A stretch of DNA of 63,287 nt, filler included, from Hyphochytrium catenoides (GCA_900088475.1; 9 parts of 9 records of this genome joined end to end with filler, not necessarily neighbours in it), one strand, 5' to 3'. Positions 10,900-23,410 are shown, counted from the whole stretch's first letter. Numbers and translations: made by a program. The notes: generated from the sequence alone by a model not told the origin.

Positions 10900-12840
10900 T
10901 AGAGACAACAACCCTTTGACTAACTAGCGCCGTCCTTATTAGTGGTAGTTTCTTCTATAAAAAGTCAGTGTTCCTGCCGCAGCCAAAGGGTCATTCTTGG
11001 AGAGTGGTGGCGAGACTTTTCTAATAAAACAAGCATGACGCCAATCCCACTGCCTCTTATTGAGGTGAGCCTACGATCACTCGTCAGGTCGAATCGTATG
11101 AGGTGTTTCTGTCCCTTCTAGTAACAGATCTTGCTCGTCAGACGCCCATGGCTCATTATGGAGCTAAGGTCTGGCTGCTGCTCTTCAGTTTCCTCCCCGG
11201 GTCAGAACGGTATCAGATGGGGTGATAAGGGAAGATCTCTTTCCGTGGCCAACTGTACTTCCCTTGTCACCCTCTCGCTCAGCTTGAGCTTAAACAAGGA
11301 GAAGAAGGCAGAACGTAAGGAGGACAAGGTCGGGGCTAAGCCTTCTGCCATGGGGGCGATGTAGCTTTATGAGGAAACTAAAGATAAACAGAGAGGGACC
11401 CAACTCCAACAAGTGGCCACCCAGACCGGTGATGACAAGAAGTGCAGAAAAGCTTGGGGTTGAGGTGGACGGCAGAAGAGAATAGACAAAGATTCAATAA
11501 TAGTAACTTCGAAGAAGGTAGCATCCCCATGTCAGAAAATGAGAAGAACGCGGCGACAAAAGGATTTAGCGGGAGTAAGCTAAGATGTGGCCAGATGGGT
11601 CTTCCACCTTTCTATCTCGTATGATGTCAGCTGTAAGGTTGAGGGAAGATTTGTCTCTGAGATGGAAGGATTGACGGCTGGCGGTAAACCTCGCGTTCCT
11701 CTTGGAGCAGGGCCCACGATCTAACCTGATCTACTACCATTCGATGACACTTTCCTTTACCACCATGATGATCATCACTCTTCCATAACGAGCTGCTACT
11801 TAGTAGTAGGGTACATGCATTAACAAGAAGCCGAGTAAGTGAACGTGAGGACAGTGCAGAGGGGCCGAGTGTTCGCAGCAGCACCAATAGTAAACAGGAA
11901 CCCAGCTCCCTAGTGAAAAATGAGGAAAGCAAAGATATCGTCGAAGAATATTGGAACAGAGAAGCAGCAAGACCTGATCTCTTTAAAGGAAAAATGAGGA
12001 GACAGCGTAGTACCTAGCGGAAGAATATCTGTTCTGAGAGAAGCGACACAAATCAATGTAAGCGTCTAACAGCTCAATTTTGGGAAAGAGGGGTCATAGA
12101 AAGGCAAGGGTGCTCGACATGGAAGCTCCAGGCGAACCACCTGAAGTCCAAACTCCAGGAAGTTGCTTTGACGACGGTGTTGTCGGGAGCAACAACAAGA
12201 CAGAGGGAGAAGGATCTGTTGATACTATTATCAGAATAAACGGCTCACCCCGACCCAGCAGCAGTCGGTATCTATTCTAGCCAACAGCTCTCATCTTGTC
12301 TCGCTTCTTTGGTCCTCTCGTCTCCTCTCCTTTCGATTCTTCTTTTTGTTCAGATACCCCATGCCGCCCCGCCCCTGCTAGCGGACAGAGTATATGAGCA
12401 ACTAGCGTTATGTTAAGGTTAGCTGTACTGACATGCAGCAACAGCGCCGCCCGTCACAGTTTCTCCTACTACGCATGCTTTATCCTTGTTTACGCCGTTA
12501 CCATTCTTTCTCCACTCATTGTCTTGTGCCTGCGTTGCTTGTCTTTCCTACTGTCTCGCTTCCGTGTCGAAGCAGTCCTCTCGTTATGATTGCACATTGT
12601 TGTCCTGAACAGGAAGGTCACTAACATTGGCATCTGCTTGCTACGAATGGCGGCGAAGGGCCTTTCAAAATTCTTTCTCTTTTTTCTGCTCCCTTCTCTG
12701 AACTTTCCTCCTACGTTGCACGTCTCTTTCAACGTTGCACAGCTCTTTCAACTCCTCTCTTCCCTACTTTATTTACGATCGCAGTGCAATGATGGTCTCC
12801 ATTAGCTCTCTTATGCAGATTACACTGTCACTGAAGCTTC
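10900..12840 (+). mobile_element. Degenerate L1/Tx1-type LINE ORF2 fragment (endonuclease to mid-RT); left arm of palindrome
   Basis: Decayed motifs occur in canonical order: GGD (~11352), RIxR (~11560), WRxNLAFLL (~11679), NGSPRPSSSRYLF (~12239, cf. KSPGPDG...F), and an NG-like segment (~12790). Many stops and frameshifts; left boundary approximate. Confidence 0.6.
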
Positions 12841-12849
12841 TTTCCGGCT

Positions 12850-15767
12850 GCAGAAGCATCTGTCGGTCTTGTTGTCGGTGTGCCTATAGTATTGTGCGTG
12901 ACAGAGCTGATGGAGACCATTGTACTGCTGGATGTAGAGTAGGGAAGAGATGAGTTGGAAGAAGAGCCGTACAACGGCCAAGGGAGACAGCTGTATCCAG
13001 AGAAATTCAAAAAGAAGACTTGCGGCGCAAGTAGTAGTAGCACAGAATCTTCGCGAGTGGTGGAACAGCTTCGCCAGACCAACGATGACTGTAGGAAAGA
13101 GAGGCAATGCAGGCAAAAGGGACCCAGTGGAGACAGAAGAGTAGCGGTGTAGACCAGACGAATGACAAATCGGGGCAAGACTCTGTCTCACTCCTGTCGA
13201 TCCTCGGCCTGTGGACTGCATGTTACTACCGTTAACCTTAATTATATCGCGCTATTCGCCCACATCGTCTGTCCGTCATCAGGGACAGCAAGAAGGGAGG
13301 ACTCAAAAAGCAAGAGTCGGAAACGCGAGGAGGCGATAGGAGAAACGAAGCCAGTGGAGGGCGGAAAAATGATCAGAGTTGCTTATAATAGATGCGGATT
13401 GCCGCCGGGTCAGCCGAACAAAGCAAACAGATCCTTCTTGTTGCTGCCAACGACGCTGTTGGACAACGGAGGCTCTTGACTACCGCTCTCAGTCCTTCAC
13501 TGTCGGATGCACCAGCATCGAAGCAAGGTCAAGACGTCGCTTCACCTGGAGCTTCCTCTTCGAGCACCATTGCCTTTCTATGGCTCTGTTCCCCAAATTG
13601 AGCTGTTGACTCTTACATTCCCTCTGTCTAGATCTCTCCAAACAGTTCCTCTAGGTATTACCCTGTCTCCTCACCTTTCTTCGCAGTGATAAGGAATAAG
13701 GCCTTGCTGCCTCTCTTAACGATAGTCTCCAACCTTCTGTTTGGTTGACTCATTTTTCACTGCGAGTTGATGGATGCTTCTTGTTCGATGCTGCTCCGAA
13801 CACTTGGCCTCTCTGCATTGTCCTGATGACGTCCACTTCATCGGCCTCTCTCTCTGCATCCAATCTGTTGCATGCACTTTATTAAGGCTCTGGGAAAATA
13901 ATGATCATGGTAGTATTGAAGAGTGTGCTTGAATGGATGAAGATCTGTGTGAGAGCTTAACTTAGATGAGCTCTAGGAGGATGCGACATAAAGGACATAG
14001 CGGCCTCCTGGGTCTCCTCCAAGAGGAACGCGAGGTTACTGAAAGACGTTTTGGTCTGCCACTTCTGAGACAGATCTTCCCACAGCCTTACTGCTGGCGA
14101 CATACCTCCTCCTCCAACCCCGACTATCATATCTAGAGGTTATTGCTCAGGAGGACGATCACTGAAGAGAGCGCGGTGACCCTTTGCTAGTCACTCTGGC
14201 ACTGACTCCAGGATCTATAAGAGAGTAGTGCCCGTCACCCTCATAGTAGACAGCAGGTGCCAAATAGTCACCTACTCTTATAAGAGCAGTGGCCTATAAT
14301 AGCTCGCCAATCTAGAGTTAGGCCCCAGGATCAATGAGCGAAGTGGCCAGCTTCCCGTCACTCTTCCCTTGGGCCCCAGTACGATATGGAGGTGGTTGAT
14401 GGCCTTCTTAAATGGAAAGACCGGCAGAGCTCAAGCGACGCGACACTCTCAACAACACCTGCTGCTGAAGATGGAAGAAAAAGAAGAGTGGTTCAAAGGA
14501 ATTTGGCCAGAGGAGACGTAGTGCTGTCCGGACCAGCAGCAAGACCTTGGCTCCAATGATAAGCCATGACCTTCGGTTGAGAAAAGTCTGTTAGGTCTCC
14601 AATTTGAAGGAGAGTTCATAGAAGGCAATAGTCTTCGTCGACGTGAATGTTCCAGGTATAGCCGCTCAGGACTAACTTCTGAGACTTGATGACACTGCTG
14701 GTGCATCTGAGACTAACGGACTGACTGATAGTACGATCGAGGCGTCTCTTCTTGCTCTCATTTATTAAGAAGGTCCTGCTTGATTATTCTATTTAGATAT
14801 GGCCAGCTCAGCAACAAACCAGATTAGACCAAGTCAAAGCCCTTCACGCGGGCCAAATGCCGGTTTCTACTAGTAGGTTGACGAGGTGCGAGTCTGATGT
14901 ATTGAGTAACCAGGGCCTTTCGCCTCTCTCCTCTCCACGTATGAAGCATCTGGCCATAACTCATCAGTCTCAAGTGCGCGCGCCTCTAATCATCATGTTT
15001 CTAAGATTCATGTCAAGTAGGTTCAAGTGGGGAGCTTCCTTTCATTTATGTTCTAGTCTCTCCTGGTTGTTAATGAAGCAGAGGTCTCTGCCTCCTCACC
15101 CAACGGCCTCTCCTACTCTACACGATATCTCCAATCTTCGTTATGGGTTTGCCCTATCTCGTGCTAGTTGTCCTGTCTCTCTTGCAAAATGTTTGCTGGC
15201 ACCGGCGATGTCTCTGTCTCTTTTTCTTTGACATAAGTAATCCCTTTAGCCCACTGGTTTGCTTTTCTCGTCACTCAGCATCATCGTGCTGAGCTCCTCT
15301 TGACGCAGCCAAAACTTGCCTACGGTTGCCGTCTTGTCGGTTTTTCTATTCCCCTTCTCCTCTCTTCGAGAGAAGATCAAAACAAGAGAGTTTTCTAGAT
15401 GAAGACAGAGGGAGAAGTGGTGCTATATGGAAGGTGGACAGATTAAGGACAACAGAGCTGCTAATTAGTAGTAATGACGATGCCAGGTAAAGGAAAGTAA
15501 GTGGAGAAAGTAAGGAAGAAAGACACCAGGAAAGTTCCGCTGCGCTATGTACAACTACTAACGCTTGCCTTCGCCCGCCCGGCACTGAAGCCAAGCAAGC
15601 GCCACCACACGCCGCCACCTGCGCCCACCCAGTACTGATCGACCGCACGCATACTTATTACCTCCTAGCAGCAGCAACAGCAGCAGCAACAGCAGCAGTA
15701 GCAAGAGCAGCAGCAGCAACAGCGGCAGCAGCAACAGCGGCAACAGCAGCAACAGCGCCGACAGCAT

Positions 15768-15805
<38 letters not shown>

Positions 15806-15930
15806 ACAGCAACAACAGCAGCAACAGGGCAGCTGGGCCTGGGTGACGGCGGGGCGGCGGAGCGAGGACTGAGTTTGAAAGGTCATCGTCTGTCTCCTCC
15901 GTTGTGAGGACGGCGCCTTTCTCTTTCATT
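12850..15930 (-). mobile_element. Degenerate L1/Tx1-type LINE (ORF1 remnant, endonuclease, RT N-terminal half); right arm of palindrome
   Basis: Minus strand shows TGWAQVAA (ORF1 SYA/SWAxVAA-type motif, ~15620), ETGQLARD (decayed zinc knuckle, ~15165), VKGF and QEET (endonuclease start, ~14850-14745), NLAFLL (~14030) and VIVGLAKLFHH...YNG (cf. D..KAFD...NG) in ORF 12820..13221. Confidence 0.62.
15665..15826. repeat. Imperfect (CAG/CAA)n trinucleotide tract
   Basis: About 54 triplets of cag/caa/cgg; lies inside the LINE ORF1 remnant. Confidence 0.9.
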
Positions 15931-17966
15931 AGACGCAGAGCGATGACTGAGTCCCAAGCATGTCCCTAATATTATCTATGGGATTCGGTACTACTGCTGC
16001 CTCACTGGACCTTCGGTCTTTCTGCTGCATCTTTCCCATGATCTAACCCATATTATACGCCTACTAAATCCGCACTCTGTCTCTCTCGAACCGATCTACT
16101 GTACGAAAAAGGGGTCCTAGGTAAAAACTTTATGCATCAAACCCCCCAGAAGGCTAAGATACTTGCAGATTTGTATAATTACCTATGCCAATTAGACAGA
16201 GCGACAGAAGCCCTAAACTTCAAGCAGCGGAGATGACTAAAGAGATACTTGATGCGATATCTAAAAGTACTTGGGAAGAAACAGAAGACGATCTTATCCC
16301 GAACCGACGCCAGACAGAGTAGCAAAGACCCTATGGCCTATTCAGACAAGGAATACGACTAGATATTTCGCAAATTGGGACAAGACTAAGATCAAAGGTT
16401 CCAGACAGAGTCTCCAAGAGTAGCATGTCTATATGGTATTAAAGGTGTAATGGCACAAGACAGAGTGGTAACGATGTGCTTGAAGAAGTCTAATGGAGAT
16501 CTGAAAGGTTTCATACGTAGCACCGACCGGCTGACGGACAGCACGAAGATCGGAGTGGAAAGAGAGAGAGAGAGAAAGAAAGAGAGGAAGAAAGAGAGAG
16601 AAAGAAAGAGAGNNNNNNNNNNNNNNNNNNNNNNNNNNNNNNNNNNNNNNNNNNNNTTAATTAATTAANNNNNNNNNNNNNNNNNNNNNNNNNNNNNNNN
16701 NNNNNNNNNNNNATCTCTCCCGGCGTGATCTCAGTGTCCCTACCCTCGATCGGTTGCTCGAGAAGCGATGAACCAAGTCAGTCAGTCAGTCACTTCCATA
16801 CCATCCTCAGAAGCAGCAGGTTGGTTGACTTGGTGACTGGAGAGAGAGCGATCATGGCAGCTCGCTGTCATCTCTCCTCCAGTTGAAGTTTGTGCCTGAG
16901 AGATGCTGGCGCCCTTGCCATCACACAGCATGAAGCACTCTGTCTCTTCCTTCTCCCGTCAGTTTTTTCAACGAAAGACCAATATCGTAGGATAGCGGGT
17001 AACGGATTCTATATCCTTACTTATTCCGCCCGGTGGAGGTAATTAGCGGCTTTAATTGCCGTTCCTCCTGATCGTATTCTCCTATATGACCCCGTGAAGG
17101 ATCCTGGCATGGGATCCAGTTTCTACTGTTTCTGTGGGTCTCTCTCTCTCTCTCTGTCTCTCTCTTTCTTTCTCTCTTTCTCTCTCTCTCTCTGTCTCTC
17201 TCTGTCTCTCTTTTCTCTCTCTCTGTCTCTCTGTCTCTCTGTCTCTCTGTCTCTCTGTCTCTCTGTCTCTCTGTCTCTGTCTCTCTGTCTCTCTGTCTCT
17301 GTCTCTCTGTCTCTCTGTCTCTCNNNNNNNNNNNNNNNNNNNNNNNNNNNNNNNNNNNNNNNNNNNNNNNNNNNNNNNNNNNNNNNNNNNNNNNNNNNNN
17401 NNNNNNNNNNNNNNNNNNNCTTCCTGTCTGGGTTTCCCAACCACTTTCTTCTGTCAGTCTCTGCGTCTCCAGCACCTTGGCGCCCTTATTAATTATCTCT
17501 TTCTGTCTCTGAGCCTTCCTCTCTCCACCTGCTCATGTCACTCTGACTGCTTCAGCCTCCAGCCTGCCTTGTCAGGCTCGGCCAGCTGATTTTCCCAACC
17601 TTGTTAATCGCCCCTAGTCACTAAGGTCAGCACTACTAACCGCCAGGTAGATTGCCAGAACTGAAGCTGCTTCTCATTACAGCAGACGTTCGCTGCCTTC
17701 AGCAGCAGCAGCAGCAGGTCAGAGAGGAGAAGCGACTCAGAGAAAGAGGAGAGATAGCAGAGAGGCAGAGGAAGATCTCAAGAGGAACGGCACGATGGGA
17801 GCTCAGCTCAGCACACAACGGCAGCTCGTGATCGGAGGTGTCCTCCTCCATCTAGCGGTGATCGCCNNNNNNNNNNNNNNNNNNNNNNNNNNNNNNNNNN
17901 NNNNNNNNNNTTAATTAATTAANNNNNNNNNNNNNNNNNNNNNNNNNNNNNNNNNNNNNNNNNNNN

Positions 17967-18564
17967 TCTGAGGAATGGGCTGTCGGGAGTAGGAGGAAGA
18001 CATTGCTGCCATAGAAGAGAGAGAGAGAGGATTTCTCTCTCTCTCTCTCCCTCCGGCGATCATTGGCCCATTCATAATGTTTCTCTGCATGTCTGCAGGA
18101 GACATTCCTGGCGTGATAGGAGATGCGCTCATCAGGGGAGGAGGAATGGAAGGCACAAGGGCAGGAGAGGCAGGGGGAGAGAAGGTGTTGGGAGGAACAT
18201 CTCGGTTCTTGACGCTCCGAAGCTCTGCGGGAAAGAGAGAGAGAGAGAGAGGGTGAAAACAGATGGAAGATATTAGAGAGCATGGAAAAAAGAGAGATAA
18301 GGGTTTTGAAAGAGAAAGAGAGGACAGAAGGAGAGAATTGAATACAAGGGCGTGAGAGAGACGTCAGATGCATAGAGAAGAGAGAGAGGGAGAGAAAGAG
18401 AGAGGGGGACAGAGAGAGAGAAAGAAGGAGAGAGAGAGAGGCAAACAGACGAAACGGGGGAGCCGGACAACAAAGAGAAGACGAGTGAAAAGGACAATTT
18501 TCAAATCGCTGATGCAAGGCACAATCTTTCTCTTTCTCTCTCTCTGTCCCTCTCTGTCCCTCTC

Positions 18565-18600
<36 letters not shown>

Positions 18601-18870
18601 TGGCCGTCCTTACCCGTGACTCTCTTGGCAGCATTCTTGTTCTCAAGAATAAGGTCATAGCAAACTCTGAGCTCATTTCTGTCTCCTCTGTCTACCATTT
18701 CTTGGACTTTTGCTGGTGTTAGCGCGGTGTTGGCTCTGGCCTGGTAAAGTTTGACTATCTCTTCTAGGACATCTCTGTCTATGGAATGAACTTGGCTGTC
18801 GATGGTCTCGGGAAGACGCTGAAGATAGGGAGGAAGATTCGTCTGGAACCAGGGATGTTGTCTACGCGGT

Positions 18871-18901
<31 letters not shown>

Positions 18902-19407
18902 GAAAAAGAGGACGAGAATAGGGGATGGGGAGAGAGAGGATTTTTGAGAAAGGAGCGGAAGAGAGAGAATTGAAGAGAATAGAGAGAGAGAGATATTAGT
19001 ATATTTGTGTATCAGCAATTAACGAGAAGTATTGAAAGTCAAGACAAAGAAGGAGGAAAAGGCGACAGGGAGAGAGAGATTGCTAAGAGAGAGAGAGAAC
19101 ACGTATGAGGAAGACGGAGCACCTGAGAAAAGAAAAGAAGCGTGATAGGCGAGGGCAACCGGTAAGAGAGGAAACAAAGCACTACTGAGAGCAAAGGAGG
19201 ATGAGTAGTAGTAGATGAAACAGAAGGCTAGAGCAAAACCGGATAACTCACCTAATCTCCGGGATGGTGATGCGCTTCATAGAATCTACCACTAACATTC
19301 TCATAATCAGGTCTCTCGCCATTTCGTTGAGATGGCTGGGGAGCGTATAGAGACCGCCTTTTATCTTTTTGAACAGGTTTGGAATGCTCTCATCATCAAA
19401 AGGGAGG
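17967..19407 (-). CDS. SNF1: AMPK/SNF1/SnRK1 catalytic alpha subunit (internal exons; both ends lost at contig edges)
   Basis: Exons 19407-19252 (LPFDDESIPNLFKKIKGGLYTLPSHLNEMARDLIMRMLVVDSMKRITIPEIR), 18861-18614 (QHPWFQTNLPPYL...NELRVCYDLILE, UBA/autoinhibitory-like region) and 18224-17967. GT-AG junctions keep the frame. Confidence 0.92.
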
Positions 19408-19899
19408 CTTTAGACATGGTCACCCAAATAATTGCCGAAAAAAGAGATCAGGTTAGTACTGTAAACTATAGAGATGTCACACTTTAGAGATTTTTGTAGA
19501 TTCCTAAGTTTGTATGCAGCCTTTTGCAGATTCTCTTCAAATAGCAGTCGAACGAAAAGTCATACAGAATCTCTTCTCTTCTGTCCGAGAGAAAGAAGAA
19601 AAGACGCCCTCAACTCTACCTTCCACATAGCAGTGCATATAGAATNNNNNNNNNNNNNNNNNNNNNNNNNNNNNNNNNNNNNNNNNNNNTTAATTAATTA
19701 ANNNNNNNNNNNNNNNNNNNNNNNNNNNNNNNNNNNNNNNNNNNNACAGACAGACAGACAGACAGACAGACAGACGCGGACGAACAAATCCGAAAAAAAT
19801 TCTGCACCGCCTGACGCAAAAACCTAAACAAAAAAGCTTCGCCCTTCGGGCTCGCCAATCAGTAGACCACATAACCTTAATAAGAGTGTCTTCAAATCC

Positions 19900-21948
19900 C
19901 ATACATTATAACAGTGAGAAGAATGTCCAGAAGAACACAGGAACAGCGGAGGAGAGAGAGATGATGAGGGAAGCTGGACCGAGCAAAGATCTCGAGACCA
20001 GACTCCCAGGACCCAGCATTTCATTCAGAGAAATCTCAATCATAGATCAATACCCAGTCCCTTTTTTGTCGTTTCATCTAGATTGTGCTCATACAGAAGC
20101 TTCAAGCATTGCCACCCAGCTCTGTAAAGTTCATCATCACCTACTGTCCATCCAAGGACATGACCGCTGATATCCTCACCAGACACTACCGATTCCACTG
20201 TTCCAAGCCTTACTCCCTCAGCTAGGAATAGTACCCAACATACCCACCCCACCGTATGATCATCCTCTCTCTCACAATCGAGCCCCTCAATCTTCTCTTA
20301 CCTACAGATTTGGAACTACGAGGGAGGTGTTGAAGTATGGACTATCTGAGTCTCGTTATATAGGACTAAGACGTACGAGACCAACTGTCCAAGTTACAGT
20401 CACAAACTCCAAGTAGAAACAGAGATATGAAGGAAGATTTGGACTCTAATGCTAACTATGGGTTATTACTAGGAGAGAACAGGTCCTCTCTATTAGGAAC
20501 ACAACCCAGTAGTATTCAGGATAAATCCAATGGGGTGTTGAGTGCTACAATGGTCGTTGTCAAGAGTAGCGTGGTCACTCTCTATACATACCTAGCTCTC
20601 AGGGACATAGACGTTACGGGTACACCTGTGTTATGGGAGAGAGAGGTGTGAGGAGAATTCCGTGAACTCTTCTCTTGAGCGCCGGAGTAGTACAGGAGAG
20701 AGAGATGATCAGGGAAGCTGGGACGAGCAAGGATTTTGAGAGCAGACCAAACCGACCTCATGACTCATTCAGATTCAGAGAAATCTCAATCATATATCAC
20801 TACCCAGTCTCTTTGTCATCGTTACATCTGTTGGAGTCTGAGGGCACAGCTATGTGGACTACAAGCTGGCAAGCTTAAGTACCCAAGTCTTAGCTCAAAA
20901 CTCCCAGTAGAAGCCGAGATATGAAGCAAACGAAATGTCCCTCTTTATATCTATGGCATATGGTTAGTACCCCGAATACCTTCAGGACTGACTATTCTAG
21001 ACAGAGATATCTCCATAACTCCATATCTTAGACTTTATTAGGAATAGTTGGAATAGTCAGAATAGCTCTAGATTATGGGACCCCAGTTGGGCTTATAAGT
21101 GGAGCACTCTCATCTAATGACATTGTCCAATCATCCCATATTGGCATTGCCACCCAGCTCTAAACTTCATCATAGGGTCCCACAAATTAGAGACTACCCT
21201 TTCTGGCTTAAAAGCCGAGCAGGAACTCATACTATAATTGTCTCCGAATCCCACACATTCATCAATGCTCCTATTCGACTCTCGGTGCAAGCTGATGCTA
21301 ATTGGGCTAGTGACCCAGCTGACCGCAAGCGTATCACAGACTATTTATTGAGCCTCAACGGCGGTGCTTTTGCGTGGAAGTAAAAGAAACAATCTCTCCG
21401 ATCGTCGTCAACGACGGAAGCGGAGTGCGTCTCTCTTTGGTCCGCAAGCCAGGACGCAGAGCACTTCAGCGTATCCTGAGCGAGCTTGGCTTCTTCAACC
21501 AGCTGCCCAATCCTACTAGATAGCCAGGACAACCACAGAGCGAGATTGCTTTTTGCTCCTCTTCACGACCAAGGTCAAAGACTTTAGATGTCAAGCACTG
21601 TATTCTGCAAGAGAAGGTAGCCAAGCCAACTGATGATCCTTTCACCAAGGATTCTCGACCTCTCTCTTACCTACAGACACTTGGAACTGCGGGGAGGTGT
21701 TGAGTTGTCGACTATCTCAGTCTTACTTCATAGGCTAAGATGTACCAGACCAACTGTCCAAGTTGTAAACCCAAAAACTCCAATCGGAGTTATGGCTTAT
21801 CCCTATGGGACTCCCTACTATTAGAAATAGAACACAGTATTATGCAGGATTGGTATCCACTAGGGTCCCACAAGCTAGAGGCTACCCATTCTGGCCTATA
21901 AGCCGAGGAGGACCTTTCATAACATTGTCTCCGAATCACATACATTCA
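19900..21948 (+). mobile_element. Cluster of rearranged Ty1/Copia LTR-retrotransposon remnants
   Basis: RNase H at ~21285-21620 reads QADANWASDPADRKRITDYL...GGAFAWK*KKQS...SSTTEAE...DVKH. Polypurine tract plus TGTTG LTR starts at 20328 and 21698. Direct repeats at ~19945-20070/~20695-20830 and ~21170-21261/~21860-21948. Confidence 0.88.
21698..21948 (+). repeat. Probable 3' LTR of the Copia remnant
   Basis: Preceded by the purine tract gcggggagg and begins TGTTG. Candidate CA ends at 21924 (AACA) or 21948. The 5' half matches 20328 onward and the 3' half matches ~21170-21261. Confidence 0.65.
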
Positions 21949-22956
21949 TTCTAAGCTGAGAACGTTGTCCTCGTCTTTTCGGTCCATCTGCTCCTGCACT
22001 TTGATCCATACGTCCGGCGTAGGCTGACTCTTGTCCTTCCAGTAGCGACAGGAGCTCATCAGGAACAAGGGAAAGCAGTTTGTTGATCATCTCCCAATCA
22101 TTATTCTTCCGGTTCTTCTTGCTCGTCTTTGAGAAATTCTTACTGGTGAGCGAGTGTGGGCAAACATAACCTGATGAGTTTTACAGAGCTGAATGGCAAT
22201 GCCTGAAGCTTTCCTCACACTGACTACTGCACATTATTCTTCGTTCAATCATCATCTACTTACGCTATCCGCTTAGCTAGCAACTAGTACTGTACCGTCC
22301 TCCTCAGGATTACTTCCTGCCAAGGATTTCATTATACACTGTTGGTAGGCACAAAGGAGGAAGCCCTAGAATGGGCCCCCGATATTTGAATGGAAGTCGT
22401 CTGTAGTGGAAAGTAAAATTAGAGATAGATAGCGGGCGAGGTGCAGGGATACGTTCAAGCCTTCATCTTCCCTACTTTATTACCTCCTTTTTGCCTATCA
22501 TTTATTAGTTATGATAACAGAAGAATACACTTGCCTGCACATCGTACAATTAGACTCTAGTGTAGTGTAATCATCATGGAGGAGCTACGCATAAGCTTGG
22601 AAAGCATGAGACAATCTTTGACTGTATCGAGCAGTTTATCACCACCACTTGGAAGAGCTCCTCCTACGTCTTAGAGCACGTGCTTGTTGATGTCATTGAG
22701 AGGGGCGAAGCGCTCTAAACACAAGTAGGACTACTGTGTAGTAGCCCTACATCATTGACCCGATAGTGGTAGGAATGTCCTTCATAGCAAGCAGCCAACT
22801 TTTATCATTTAAGGCAAGAGAAGGCTATTAAGCTCTATTACGGCTGTATGTACACTGGCAAAAAGGCGAATGTGAAGCGGGGGTTGTCTTGCCATCACTT
22901 TTTAGGTACAGCTCCACCCTTAAATTTTGCCACTGCAACCACGTCGTAATCCTCAA

Positions 22957-23410
22957 TCATAGATAAGAGAAAGCATCTGAGGCTGTCGCGCGGACATAGG
23001 GGTTCGTTGTGCCTTCTGGACAATCGCTGACGGTTGCGCACACTCCGTTGCAGGAGGAGTTTTGCAGTCCCTCTTTGTTCCCATACGTGCCTTGGGGGCA
23101 AGGCTCCTGTTTGGAGCTTGTAGATCCCTGAGGGCTACATCACAGAGAGAAAGGACAGACAACAAGATGTAACAAATCCGCTACCTAGAACCGCTGGCTA
23201 GGTGGGCACTAATAAAGTAAAGGAGCTTACTTTGGAAGAGGGTATTGGAGTTAAAGAGACGAGTACCGGAAAGAGAGACTACGATCACATACACCTACCA
23301 GTAATGGCCTTTAGCGCAGAGTCCACTGCAAGTAGAAGTCGATAAGCCACTTGTCCCACCCCACGCGCCCGGTGGGCATGGTGTTTTGACTCCTCCCTGG
23401 CAATATGTCC
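22957..23410 (-). CDS. C-terminal exons of a Cys-rich CPxG-repeat (ephrin-receptor-like/GCC2-GCC3-type) extracellular protein
   Basis: Exon 23410-23299 (GTYCQGGVKTPCPPGAWGGTSGLSTSTCSGLCAKGHYC) and exon 23134-22957 (PQGSTSSKQEPCPQGTYGNKEGLQNSSCNGVC...YL*) join in frame through a split Cys codon. The 5' end lies beyond the linker. Confidence 0.82.

Noticed and set aside
15558-15929. Poly-Leu membrane protein or polyQ gene
   Set aside because: Product of the CAG tract inside a decayed LINE; no supporting exon structure.
19407-21948. Copia insertion disrupting the AMPK gene
   Set aside because: The two are separated by an artificial linker (19646-19745), so adjacency is not established.
21915-22420. 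Possible spliced minus-strand gene (…KKNRKNNDWEMINKLLSLVPDELL…)
   Set aside because: An open frame and some splice-like sites exist, but I could not build a consistent model or recognise a family.
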